From a virus (lineage: Duplodnaviria; Heunggongvirae; Uroviricota; Caudoviricetes): a stretch of DNA of 64,000 bases. The translations under genes and the position numbers were made by a program. A model generated the notes under the pieces. It was not told the origin of the DNA, did no database searches, and saw only the letters and a program-made list of their open reading frames with translations. How positions within the stretch are numbered: position 1 is the first letter of the stretch; each line of letters opens with the position of its first letter. Positions 7,799 to 16,059 of the stretch are shown here, piece by piece. The DNA lies in the IMG/VR virus record IMGVR_UViG_3300013954_000001, positions 1 through 64,000 of that record; one strand, given 5' to 3'.

Positions 7799-8877
7799 GA
7801 AAACTGGCAAAAATTGTAGTTATCGATGATGTGCGCAAGCATTCCAATGCAGACAAGCTAGAAATTGCTACAGTTGGCGGGTGGTCGATTGTCGTAGGGA
7901 AAGGCGAGTTCAGTAAAGGATCAATTGCTGTAATGTTCGAAGTTGACGCTATGCTCCCTATCGATAATCCTGCATTCGCTTTTCTGGCTGGCCGTAACGA
8001 ACGCCTAGTAGACGGCAAACCGTATGCTCGCATCAAGACGATGAAGCTGCGCGGCGAACTCAGCCAAGGCTTGTTGCTACCCGTTGACAGCGTAGGCGTC
8101 GACGCAACAACCCTTCTAGTCGACGACGACATGACCGAAGCGCTTGACGTCATCAAGTACGAACCGGCTCAGCCTAAAGTTCTGGCAGGTAACGCCAAAG
8201 GCAACTTCCCTGTCTTCATTCCGAAGACAGACCAAGAACGCGTGCAAAACATCAAGCGCGCCTACGAAGACGCTGTAGCAAGCGGCGAACTCTTCGAAGC
8301 CACGTATAAGCTTGACGGCTCTAGCTTCACGGCGTACGTAACTGGCCAGGGCAGCGGGCGCTTCGACAACGGCGACGCAGACGTGTGTATTGCCGAAGAC
8401 GTTGTAGTCGGCGTGTGTTCGCGCAACCTAGAGTTGAAGATCGACGACAGTAACGTTGACAACATGTTCGTCCAGACGTTCTTCAAGTACAACCTGCCTG
8501 TCAAGCTAGAATCGTTTCTTGCCGCCACCGGACGTCAAATTGCCGTTCAAGGTGAAATGGTAGGCCCAGGCATTCAAAACAACTTCGAAGGTCTGGACGA
8601 AGTCGAACTGTATATCTACGACATCTTCGACATCGACCGTCAAGGGTATGTTTGCGCCGACGAACGCGTCGAAATTTGCAAGCAGTTGGGTTTGCAGATG
8701 GTGCCAGTGTTTGACAGCCCCATGCGTTTACCTCAAACTATAGAAGAAGTACTGGCGCTAGCAGACGGTCCTAGCGGCCTGAAAGGTAAGTATCGCGAAG
8801 GCTTAGTTTTCAAGAGCTTGTCGCGCGACTTCTCCTTCAAGGTGATTTCGAACCGTTATCTACTCAAGGAAGCGTGA
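7795..8877 (+). CDS. RNA ligase with an N-terminal OB-fold (tRNA-binding-like) domain and a C-terminal nucleotidyltransferase domain (DraRnl/Rnl5-like)
   Basis: KxDG motif I is present as ATYKLDGSSFTAY. The N-terminus IVVIDDVRKHSNADKLEIATVGGWSIVVGKGEFSKG resembles the Myf/EMAP tRNA-binding OB fold. The OB-then-NTase domain order is characteristic of the Rnl5 family. Confidence 0.6.
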   Translation: MRKLAKIVVIDDVRKHSNADKLEIATVGGWSIVVGKGEFSKGSIAVMFEVDAMLPIDNPAFAFLAGRNERLVDGKPYARIKTMKLRGELSQGLLLPVDSVGVDATTLLVDDDMTEALDVIKYEPAQPKVLAGNAKGNFPVFIPKTDQERVQNIKRAYEDAVASGELFEATYKLDGSSFTAYVTGQGSGRFDNGDADVCIAEDVVVGVCSRNLELKIDDSNVDNMFVQTFFKYNLPVKLESFLAATGRQIAVQGEMVGPGIQNNFEGLDEVELYIYDIFDIDRQGYVCADERVEICKQLGLQMVPVFDSPMRLPQTIEEVLALADGPSGLKGKYREGLVFKSLSRDFSFKVISNRYLLKEA

Positions 8878-9677
8878 CAATGGAAATCAAGACTTGGAAA
8901 TTCCCTGCTGGTGAAGTCGGCGTTCGCCTAATAAACGTCGACGCAGACGAATATAATATCCACGCACCTCTAGGGTGCAGCGACGACTTTATGATGCTCG
9001 TCATGACTGTTGACGCCATTCGTCGGGCGACGCCTAACGCAAAAATCACTGTGTTCGCGCCATACATTCCTTACGGTCGTCAAGATCGCGTCTGTAATCG
9101 CGGCGAAAGCCTGAGCATTGCGGCGTTCGCCGGCTTGTTGAATTCGCTGCGACTCGACAAAATCATTACTATCGACACGCATAGCGCCGTCACTGACGCA
9201 GTTGTCAACAACTTGCATGTCATTCGGCAAGACTATGTTGTCGCTCGCATGCTAGGAAAGCGCTTCAAAGGTTGGCTGGCGGTAGCACCCGACGCAGGCG
9301 CCGCCAAAAAGGTTATTGATTCGGCGACGGCGGCTGGTATTACCGAATACGTCGTCTGCAATAAGACACGCGACCTGATGACTGGCAAAATCACTGATGC
9401 CAGCATTAACGGCGACGTCAGTGGTCGCGACGTATTCGTGTTCGACGACTTGTGCGACGGTGGCGCCACCTTCATTGAAGTCGCCAAGCTGTTACGTGAA
9501 GGCGGCGCCGCAAAAATTTGCCTGTACGTCACCCACGGCATTTTCACCAAAGGCGTAGAAGCAGTTGCACAACACTTCGACCACGTTTACACTACAAACA
9601 GTTATTGGCACGACGCCGACGTATTTGCCGGCGTGCCCAACATCACCGTTCTAGACGTATACAAGGAGTTTGCATGA
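8874..9677 (+). CDS. PRPP-synthetase-family enzyme, N-terminally short (267 aa); either Prs or an Adps-like ADPR-pyrophosphokinase
   Basis: Prs motifs are present: FPAGEV (FxxGE), RQDR, TIDTHS and DDLCDGGATF. The last corresponds to Prs DDMIDTGGT but has an altered loop. The stop overlaps the NAMPT-like ATG (ATGA). Confidence 0.8.
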   Translation: MTMEIKTWKFPAGEVGVRLINVDADEYNIHAPLGCSDDFMMLVMTVDAIRRATPNAKITVFAPYIPYGRQDRVCNRGESLSIAAFAGLLNSLRLDKIITIDTHSAVTDAVVNNLHVIRQDYVVARMLGKRFKGWLAVAPDAGAAKKVIDSATAAGITEYVVCNKTRDLMTGKITDASINGDVSGRDVFVFDDLCDGGATFIEVAKLLREGGAAKICLYVTHGIFTKGVEAVAQHFDHVYTTNSYWHDADVFAGVPNITVLDVYKEFA

Positions 9678-11350
9678 AACTTTTTCCGGTTCACTGCACC
9701 GATGGTTACAAGTTAGGCCATCGCGGCATGTATGCACCCGACACGACGCTGGTGTATTCTAACTTCACGCCGCGCAGTGACAGCCGCTTCAACGGCAGCC
9801 GCTTCTATGACGGCAAGATGGTTGTGTTCGGCATTCAAGGTTTCATCAACGAATTCCTTGTCGAAGTTTTCAACGAGAACTTCTTTGCCATCGACAAAGA
9901 AAAGGCTGTTGCTCGCTTTCGGCGTCGCGTCGACAACTACCTGACTCCAGGCTCTATTCCAGTCGACGGCATCGCAGCGCTTCACGACCTCGGCTATCTG
10001 CCGCTCGAAATCATGGCGCTTCCCGAAGGATCGCGAGTTCCGATGAAAGTGCCGGTACTGACTGTTCGCAACACGCACAAAGACTTCGCGTGGCTCGTCA
10101 ACTATCTCGAATCGGTTATCAGCAACTCGATTTGGAAGAGCATGGTTAACGCGACCCTCGCCTACGAATATCGTCGCGTCTTCGACTACTATGCCGACCT
10201 CACAGGTTCGCCTAAAGAACTGGTGATGTGGCAAGGCCACGACTTTTCGTATCGCGGCATGTCTGGCCCTGAAGATGGCGCCCGCAGTGGTGCCGCGCAT
10301 CTGCTGTGCTTCGCCGGCACTGACAGCGTTTCGGCAATCGACTACATCGAAGACTACTACGGCGCTGACGTCGAACACGGGTTTGTCGTAGGCTCTGTAC
10401 CTGCTACTGAACACAGCGTTTCGTCGAACAACATCCTGTTCGAAGAGCGCAAGTATGACGGCGACGTCACCAACTCTAAAATCTGTGCCGAAATCGCATT
10501 CATGCGGCGCTATCTCACTGAAGTCGTTGCAGACGGCGCAATCGCAAGCTATGTTGCCGACACTTACGACTACTTTGGTGTGTTGACTCGCGTGCTGCCG
10601 GCGCTCAAAGACGTCATTATGTCTCGCAGTGGCAAGCTCGTCATTCGTCCCGACAGCGGCGATCCCGTCAAGATCGTGTGCGGATACGACGCAGTTGTCG
10701 ACGTCACAGACCTTAGCGCCATGACGCTGTTCAAGGTTTACCACAACAACTGTGGCAGCAACGTTGCCGTACGCTGTGACGACAAATACTACAAAATCAA
10801 GGTATGGCGTGAACCTGAAGACGAAGAAGATCGCGTCGTAAAGGCTGTCGAAATCAGCGAAGCCGAAGTCAAGGGTTCTATTCAGATTTTGTGGGAGCTG
10901 TTCGGCGGCACTACAACTGACAAAGGCTTCAAGCTGTTAGACTCTCACATCGGCCTGATTTACGGCGACAGCATCACGCTTGACCGTCAAGATGCTATCC
11001 TGCGGCGGCTCGCAGCCAAAGGTTTCGCCAGCGCAAACGTTGTGTTCGGAATCGGCAGCTACACTTACAACTATTCGACTCGCGACACCTTTGGGTCGGC
11101 GATGAAGGCTACAATGTCTATCGTCGACGGCGAAGCCATCGAACTCTACAAAGACCCGAAGACAGGTGACGCCATGAAAAAGTCGGCGCGTGGCTTCTTG
11201 AAGGTCGAAAAGGTAGATGGAGAGTTCGTGCTTGTCGACCAAGTCGAAGGCATAGAAACCTACTGCGGCGAAATGAGTGTCGTCTTCTACAACGGCAACG
11301 CGTACTGCGAATCCTTCTATGCAATCCAAGACCGCCTGCTAAGCTCTTAA
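9674..11350 (+). CDS. nadV: Nicotinamide phosphoribosyltransferase family (NadV/NAMPT-like, or Namat-like)
   Basis: The N-terminus MKLFPVHCTDGYKLGHRGMY is the canonical NAMPT start. It has an AAGGAG RBS. The product is 558 aa with an internal insertion of about 60 aa. Confidence 0.85.
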   Translation: MKLFPVHCTDGYKLGHRGMYAPDTTLVYSNFTPRSDSRFNGSRFYDGKMVVFGIQGFINEFLVEVFNENFFAIDKEKAVARFRRRVDNYLTPGSIPVDGIAALHDLGYLPLEIMALPEGSRVPMKVPVLTVRNTHKDFAWLVNYLESVISNSIWKSMVNATLAYEYRRVFDYYADLTGSPKELVMWQGHDFSYRGMSGPEDGARSGAAHLLCFAGTDSVSAIDYIEDYYGADVEHGFVVGSVPATEHSVSSNNILFEERKYDGDVTNSKICAEIAFMRRYLTEVVADGAIASYVADTYDYFGVLTRVLPALKDVIMSRSGKLVIRPDSGDPVKIVCGYDAVVDVTDLSAMTLFKVYHNNCGSNVAVRCDDKYYKIKVWREPEDEEDRVVKAVEISEAEVKGSIQILWELFGGTTTDKGFKLLDSHIGLIYGDSITLDRQDAILRRLAAKGFASANVVFGIGSYTYNYSTRDTFGSAMKATMSIVDGEAIELYKDPKTGDAMKKSARGFLKVEKVDGEFVLVDQVEGIETYCGEMSVVFYNGNAYCESFYAIQDRLLSS

Positions 11351-11353
11351 GTG

Positions 11354-11392
11354 TTGACGCCAGACGCATGCGGTTTTATACTGCATGCGTCT
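11354..11392 (+). promoter_or_regulatory. Sigma70-type promoter (TTGACG-17-TATACT) embedded in a perfect 10-bp inverted repeat (AGACGCATGC ... GCATGCGTCT), a putative operator
   Basis: The -35/-10 spacing is exact. The dyad is centred on the -10 box. The GTGAAGAAAGAGAG leader follows. Confidence 0.5.
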
Positions 11393-11412
11393 AGTGAAGA
11401 AAGAGAGTTGTC

Positions 11413-11625
11413 ATGCAAGTCACAGCATTTGAGTTAGCCAGTAACGACAACGTCCGAGCTTACTTGTTCGGTGAAGCCATCAAATTTATCGCCGCCAAAA
11501 ACGGTGTGTCAGTTGAAATGACTTGTGAAGCGTATCGTCAAGGGGTGAAAAATGTTGTCGAAGGTGTTGCCAAGCTCGTGGTTGCCGGTCTTCAAGGACT
11601 CGAAGAAGGGCTGCGAAATGCCTGA
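11413..11625 (+). CDS. Hypothetical protein (70 aa)
   Basis: ATG lies 8 nt after the AAGAGAG leader. Its stop overlaps the next ATG. Confidence 0.4.
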   Translation: MQVTAFELASNDNVRAYLFGEAIKFIAAKNGVSVEMTCEAYRQGVKNVVEGVAKLVVAGLQGLEEGLRNA

Positions 11626-11929
11626 GCAAGAATTCATCGGTAAAGAACTTGACGTCAACCGCATCAAAGCAGTTGCCGCCACCACAGCTATTCGCAAGAT
11701 GCTTGACGACAGCTACTTCTCTATCTGCGCCGTCAAGAAGGTCATCGATTTGCTTGACATCGACGCCGACCGTGAAGCCGTCGAAATCCTCGAAACAATT
11801 CACTGCGTCGACTACAACAAAATGCCGACTGAACTGATTCTGGCGTTGCCGGAGTTGTTGAGTCGTGCCTTCGACAAACCTGCAGGCACTTTCGCCGTAT
11901 ACAACAAACGCGTTCGATTGATATCATAA
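11618..11929 (+). CDS. Hypothetical protein (103 aa)
   Basis: ATGCCTGA overlap with the upstream ORF, in coding-like frame. Confidence 0.4.
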   Translation: MPEQEFIGKELDVNRIKAVAATTAIRKMLDDSYFSICAVKKVIDLLDIDADREAVEILETIHCVDYNKMPTELILALPELLSRAFDKPAGTFAVYNKRVRLIS

Positions 11930-11938
11930 GGGGTTCAA

Positions 11939-12232
11939 ATGAGTTTCTATCTGGCGTGGTCTATCCCGCACCTGTTTATTGTGGCGTTCTTCGTAGCCAC
12001 TGCAAGCGCCGCTATCGCCGGCTACACCAAACTCAAGTATGGTGCCTACACGTTCTTGGTGGCGTCCTTGATTGTAGCTGGCCTTGCCATTAACGTAGGG
12101 CAGCGCCAGTCAGAGCTAGGCCGCAGCAACTTCGACGCCGACGTGTCGGCTAGCGTTGAAAAAGTAGGTGTGTCTCGCATGACCCGCGAAGACGCTGCCG
12201 CAGATTTCCAAAACCGTGTCAACCAAAACTAA
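11939..12232 (+). CDS. Small integral membrane protein (97 aa, 2 TM helices)
   Basis: Two predicted TM segments: SIPHLFIVAFFVATASAAIAG and TFLVASLIVAGLAINV. It lies immediately upstream of the SPFH lipoprotein. Confidence 0.45.
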   Translation: MSFYLAWSIPHLFIVAFFVATASAAIAGYTKLKYGAYTFLVASLIVAGLAINVGQRQSELGRSNFDADVSASVEKVGVSRMTREDAAADFQNRVNQN

Positions 12233-12243
12233 AGGAGTGTCAA

Positions 12244-13089
12244 ATGAAAAAACTGATCTGCGTTCTGCTTATCGCCCTCGCAACTGTAGGTTGCAGCCGC
12301 GTAACTGTGCCGCCAGCCGCCAAAGGCAAGATTCTGTCTGGCGCCGGCTACAGCGTCGACGTCAAAGAAACTGGTAAGTACTGGCTGTCTTGGTGGGAGA
12401 ACATGGTGATTCTCGACACCAGCACTCAAGCCATGCAAGAGCGTGTTACCGTCAAAATGAGCGACGACCTCGACCTGACTTTCGACGTTCGCTTCCGCAC
12501 TCGCATCAGCGGCAACGACAAAGTCATCAACGCCATGTTCAACGACATCAAGCATGAAAACTACCAAGTTACTCTGCCTATGGTGTACAAAGTCTATGGC
12601 CGCGACGTCGTGCAAAATGCTGCGCGTTCTGTGATGTCGAAGTACAAGACCAAAGAAGTGTCGGCGAACTACGACGCCATCAACGCAGACATGCATAAGC
12701 TGCTCGTCGAGAAAATGGCAAACAGCCCGCTTGACGTCAGCAACGTGACTATCGGCAACATTACCTGGCCTAAGGTTATCACTGACGCCATCGAAGCGCA
12801 GCAGGAACGCGAACTGGCTATCGAAACCGAGGCAAACCAACAAGCTGTGCGAGTCGTCGAAAAGAACAACCAACTCGACATGGCCGAAGCCGACTACAAG
12901 ATCCGCATCAAGAAAGCCGAAGCGATTCGTGACGAAAACCAGATCACTGCGCAAGGCATGAACCCGATGCTGCTCGAATACCGTCGACTCGAAGTACTCG
13001 AAAAGATGGCCGACAACAAGAACGCAATCTTCGTGCCGTACGAAGGTATGGCCAGCCCAGGTCTTCAGAATCGCATGTACTCCAAGTAA
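12244..13089 (+). CDS. SPFH/Band-7 (HflK/C-prohibitin-like) lipoprotein
   Basis: The N-terminal lipobox is LIALATVGC. A coiled region EANQQAVRVV...AEADYKIRIKKAEAIRDEN is followed by LLEYRRLEVLEKMADNKNAIFVP, which is typical of the band-7 C-terminus. It has an AAGGAG RBS. Confidence 0.6.
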   Translation: MKKLICVLLIALATVGCSRVTVPPAAKGKILSGAGYSVDVKETGKYWLSWWENMVILDTSTQAMQERVTVKMSDDLDLTFDVRFRTRISGNDKVINAMFNDIKHENYQVTLPMVYKVYGRDVVQNAARSVMSKYKTKEVSANYDAINADMHKLLVEKMANSPLDVSNVTIGNITWPKVITDAIEAQQERELAIETEANQQAVRVVEKNNQLDMAEADYKIRIKKAEAIRDENQITAQGMNPMLLEYRRLEVLEKMADNKNAIFVPYEGMASPGLQNRMYSK

Positions 13090-13098
13090 CTTGTACAA

Positions 13099-13132
13099 AC
13101 GGAAGGCGTAGCTTAGACTACGCCTTTCTTGC
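13099..13132 (+). terminator. Rho-independent terminator
   Basis: GGAAGGCGTAGC-ttaga-CTACGCCTTTC followed by a T-run. Confidence 0.6.
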
Positions 13133-13148
13133 TTACAGAGGATATGAA

Positions 13149-13772
13149 ATGAAAGCATACTGGACGCGTGAATGCATCGAATCTCTCGGTCGTGACGCCT
13201 ACAACGATGTTCGTCAACTTTACAAGGGAAGAGGCTTCCGAATTCATGACAACTACGGTATCTTCGACGCACACTTCGACAACAAGTATTTGCATCTAGA
13301 CGCAGACGGTGATTTTGTCTGGTGTTTGCATATGTCGGGTGACTACAAGTTGTACGAAAGTTTCTACGACCATATTGTAGATATTAGCGTCCGGCCTCCT
13401 AAAGCTGTCGTCAAAGCCGAAGCCACAGAAGCCGCCACTGCGTTTGTCGCCGCCAAAACGTATTGGGCAAAAATCTATGTCGCCGGACCCATAGAAGTCG
13501 CCAAGCAAATTTGCCGCGCCGTAGTCAAAGAAAAGGGGTTGTGTGTAACTGTTGACCCTACCGTCTACATCTACACAGGTGGCGAAGAGCAAGGCTATGT
13601 CGTCGGCATCATCAACTACCCGCGATTCCCTGCGGCGGCTGACGTCATCAGAAAAACGGCTGAAGAACTGGCCAAGAAGCTAGTCGCAGAGACTTACCAG
13701 CATTCGTGTACGATCATGTATCCCGACGATACGCTGTACTACTCGACACGCGACTACAAAGACGTTAAATGA
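13149..13772 (+). CDS. Hypothetical protein (207 aa); a single-gene unit between two terminators
   Basis: Has a GAGGAT RBS and a clean coding frame. It ends at the bidirectional terminator. Confidence 0.5.
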   Translation: MKAYWTRECIESLGRDAYNDVRQLYKGRGFRIHDNYGIFDAHFDNKYLHLDADGDFVWCLHMSGDYKLYESFYDHIVDISVRPPKAVVKAEATEAATAFVAAKTYWAKIYVAGPIEVAKQICRAVVKEKGLCVTVDPTVYIYTGGEEQGYVVGIINYPRFPAAADVIRKTAEELAKKLVAETYQHSCTIMYPDDTLYYSTRDYKDVK

Positions 13773-13799
13773 AGAAAGGCGCTAAGCGCCTTTCTTGTT
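13772..13799. terminator. Bidirectional rho-independent terminator between convergent genes
   Basis: GAAGAAAGGCGCT-aa-GCGCCTTTCTTG with A/T runs on both sides. Confidence 0.65.
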
Positions 13800-15816
13800 A
13801 TCGTTGCAACTGGTTTTTATCGGCTAGACGTCTGAAGCTGTTGTTCTGATTCGACGTGTTACCACCTACGTGCATCGTCGTGTTGCTGACGTTGTTGACG
13901 TTAGTGCTAGGCGCGTTGATCATAGGCGCGACAACGTTAGTGTTGCTAGCCTTCTGCTCGGCTAACAGGATGCTTTGTGCGGCGCTGCTAGACGGCGTTT
14001 CTAGCGGGAAGATGCCGACAGGCTTTCCTTCTACCATAATCATGTTATTGGCAGCCGTCAACTCAGTCAACTTAGCTTCTGCCTTGGCTTTTTGCTCTTC
14101 GCTGAACTTCGGCTTCTGTTCTTTGGCGCTACCTACACCTTCTTCTGACGCCTGCACTTGATTTGTTACAGACATATTGTTGGTGTTTTCGACGAAAACA
14201 GTTTGATTGAACTCGGAAGGTATTTCCTTAGCAGAAGAAGTATTGGCTTTAATAGGTTTGGAGGGTTCCTCTTCATCATCCGATTCAAACAGTTTACCGA
14301 TTAAAGGTATGTTTTTAGCACCTTCTTTGAGACTGTTGAATTGGTCTACGATCATGTCGTATATTTTTTCGTACAACCCTACAAGCTTGTTGAAAAATCC
14401 CAAGACGTTGTTCACGGCACCCTTAATGTTTTCTGTGACGCCTTCAACGATGCTGTCGTACGTTTCGTTGATAGTAGCTACAATCTTGTCGAATAATTCA
14501 ATAACCTTGTTTGGTATTGAATACAAGAAGTCATAGACGCGTTTAGTCATACCTTCTTGGTCGAACAAGTCGACGCCAAACATTTCGGCGACACTGTCGA
14601 AGATGCCGATGAACTTGGCGATAACATTTGACACGCCTGCCAACACGCGTTCACCCAGGTTCATGCCTTGCTGGCCGATTATCTCTTCGGCGTTGAAGAA
14701 GCCATCGAAGAAGTCGAACAACGACTTGATAATCATCGCCGGCAGCAGCACTTTACTACCTAGTTTCAACGCCAGCTTACCCACGCCTACGATGAAGCCG
14801 ATGACGGCCTTGAAAGGCGCTAGAAGCGCCCCAATTAAGCCGCCGCCTGCAAAGGCCGCCAGTACGCCGCCCAAGCCTGCAACAACGCCTGTAATGATGC
14901 CTGCTAAGCCTCTGAGCGGTGCGCCTAGCAGCATGTCGAACAGCCCGCCTTCTTTCTTCTCTGCTACGGCTCGCGTGTCGACGTTGTCGGGTACCGGGAT
15001 AGGAGGCGTGTCTTCGAACCTGCCGTCCATTTCGCGAAGCGCTGTGTTGCGCTCGCGTAGCTCTTCGGCTTCGCGCATGGCGTCGATTTCGTTGACACTG
15101 TTTTCTTGGCTTTGTTCGACTTGGTCTAGCATAGTTTGCTCGACGTCGTCAACTACATCCCAAGTCTTGGCGAACATTTCTTCGAGACGCTTGATTTCGT
15201 CGCGAATTTCCTCTAGTAGCACCAACTGAGTCTCTTCGAAGACACTGCGTTCGGCGTTACCTTCTACGATTTCTTCGGCGACAGGGTCTGTTTGTTCTAG
15301 CTGACTGCTGATATACTCTTCTTGCTGACGCAGAACCTCTAGGCGACGTTTAGCCTCATTCTTGGCGGCTTCAGACGAACGCTTGCGGACGGCGGCGATG
15401 TCGCGAATCAGTTTAGTGCCATAGCCTAGAATCGGGTTGGCAGTCATGAGCGCCGCGACAAGAGTGTCAGTGCTAGGAATCGCGCCCTTGATTGCGTCAA
15501 AGCTGCTGCCTATCTTTTCGTTGAGCGCTGTATTCGACGTCGCCAGTGATTCAATTTGATCAATGACGTGACCGAATGTACCAACGAAGTTGCTGGTGGC
15601 GCCTCCCGCGGAAATCTGGCCGGCGATCATGTCTTGACGAACTTGGCGCAGTTCGTCTAACGCCTTCTTCTGAAAGTTGCGCGACCCGCTGTTCTGCAAG
15701 TTGATAGCCTCGGTCAGAAGGGCTTGTAGCATCTGTGCTACTTGCTCAGGCGGGGCGTCGCGCATTTGAATGTTGCGACGCATCATCTGCAAGTCGCGAA
15801 TACTGTTGACAGCCAT
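13798..15816 (-). CDS. Tail tape-measure/baseplate hub protein (T4 gp29-like)
   Basis: The 672-aa product has an N-terminal coiled coil, a central Gly-rich hydrophobic block (GGLFDMLLGAPLRGLAGIITGVVAGLGGVLAAFAGGGLIGALLAPF) and a Ser/Asn-rich tail. It sits among baseplate and tail genes. Confidence 0.5.
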   Translation of the reverse strand: MAVNSIRDLQMMRRNIQMRDAPPEQVAQMLQALLTEAINLQNSGSRNFQKKALDELRQVRQDMIAGQISAGGATSNFVGTFGHVIDQIESLATSNTALNEKIGSSFDAIKGAIPSTDTLVAALMTANPILGYGTKLIRDIAAVRKRSSEAAKNEAKRRLEVLRQQEEYISSQLEQTDPVAEEIVEGNAERSVFEETQLVLLEEIRDEIKRLEEMFAKTWDVVDDVEQTMLDQVEQSQENSVNEIDAMREAEELRERNTALREMDGRFEDTPPIPVPDNVDTRAVAEKKEGGLFDMLLGAPLRGLAGIITGVVAGLGGVLAAFAGGGLIGALLAPFKAVIGFIVGVGKLALKLGSKVLLPAMIIKSLFDFFDGFFNAEEIIGQQGMNLGERVLAGVSNVIAKFIGIFDSVAEMFGVDLFDQEGMTKRVYDFLYSIPNKVIELFDKIVATINETYDSIVEGVTENIKGAVNNVLGFFNKLVGLYEKIYDMIVDQFNSLKEGAKNIPLIGKLFESDDEEEPSKPIKANTSSAKEIPSEFNQTVFVENTNNMSVTNQVQASEEGVGSAKEQKPKFSEEQKAKAEAKLTELTAANNMIMVEGKPVGIFPLETPSSSAAQSILLAEQKASNTNVVAPMINAPSTNVNNVSNTTMHVGGNTSNQNNSFRRLADKNQLQR

Positions 15817-15865
15817 GTGTCTACCTTACATATAGGTTACGGTCTACAGTATTTAGACAAAACAA

Positions 15866-15893
15866 AGCCGGCATCAGCCGGCTTTGTTGTTCA
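15866..15893 (-). terminator. Rho-independent terminator (hairpin AAAGCCGGC-atca-GCCGGCTTT)
   Basis: A 9-bp stem with a T-rich flank, lying between the 61-aa ORF and the gp29-like start. Confidence 0.5.
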
Positions 15894-16059
15894 GGCTTTC
15901 GACTTTCTGCTTCATCAGCATCATGTAGATGTCGCGTTCATATGGAAGCATGGCTTCAAAGTCGGCTAGCGTGAAGTTGTTTGTCACACCGATGTCCTTG
16001 AAGAAGAGCGCATGAAAGTTGTTAGAATAATAGGATATCATGCTTTCATGGGACATCAT
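15874..16059 (-). CDS. Hypothetical small protein (61 aa)
   Basis: A coding-like ORF coupled to the upstream 239-aa gene. Confidence 0.3.
   Translation of the reverse strand: MMSHESMISYYSNNFHALFFKDIGVTNNFTLADFEAMLPYERDIYMMLMKQKVESLNNKAG

Noticed and set aside
9713-10744. 343-aa minus-strand ORF inside the NAMPT-like gene
   Set aside because: It is antisense to a strongly supported gene and has no homology features. It is a GC3-mirror artefact.
12229-13272. 347-aa minus-strand ORF overlapping the SPFH lipoprotein gene
   Set aside because: It is antisense to a gene with lipobox and SPFH motifs, and is low-complexity and Arg/His-rich.
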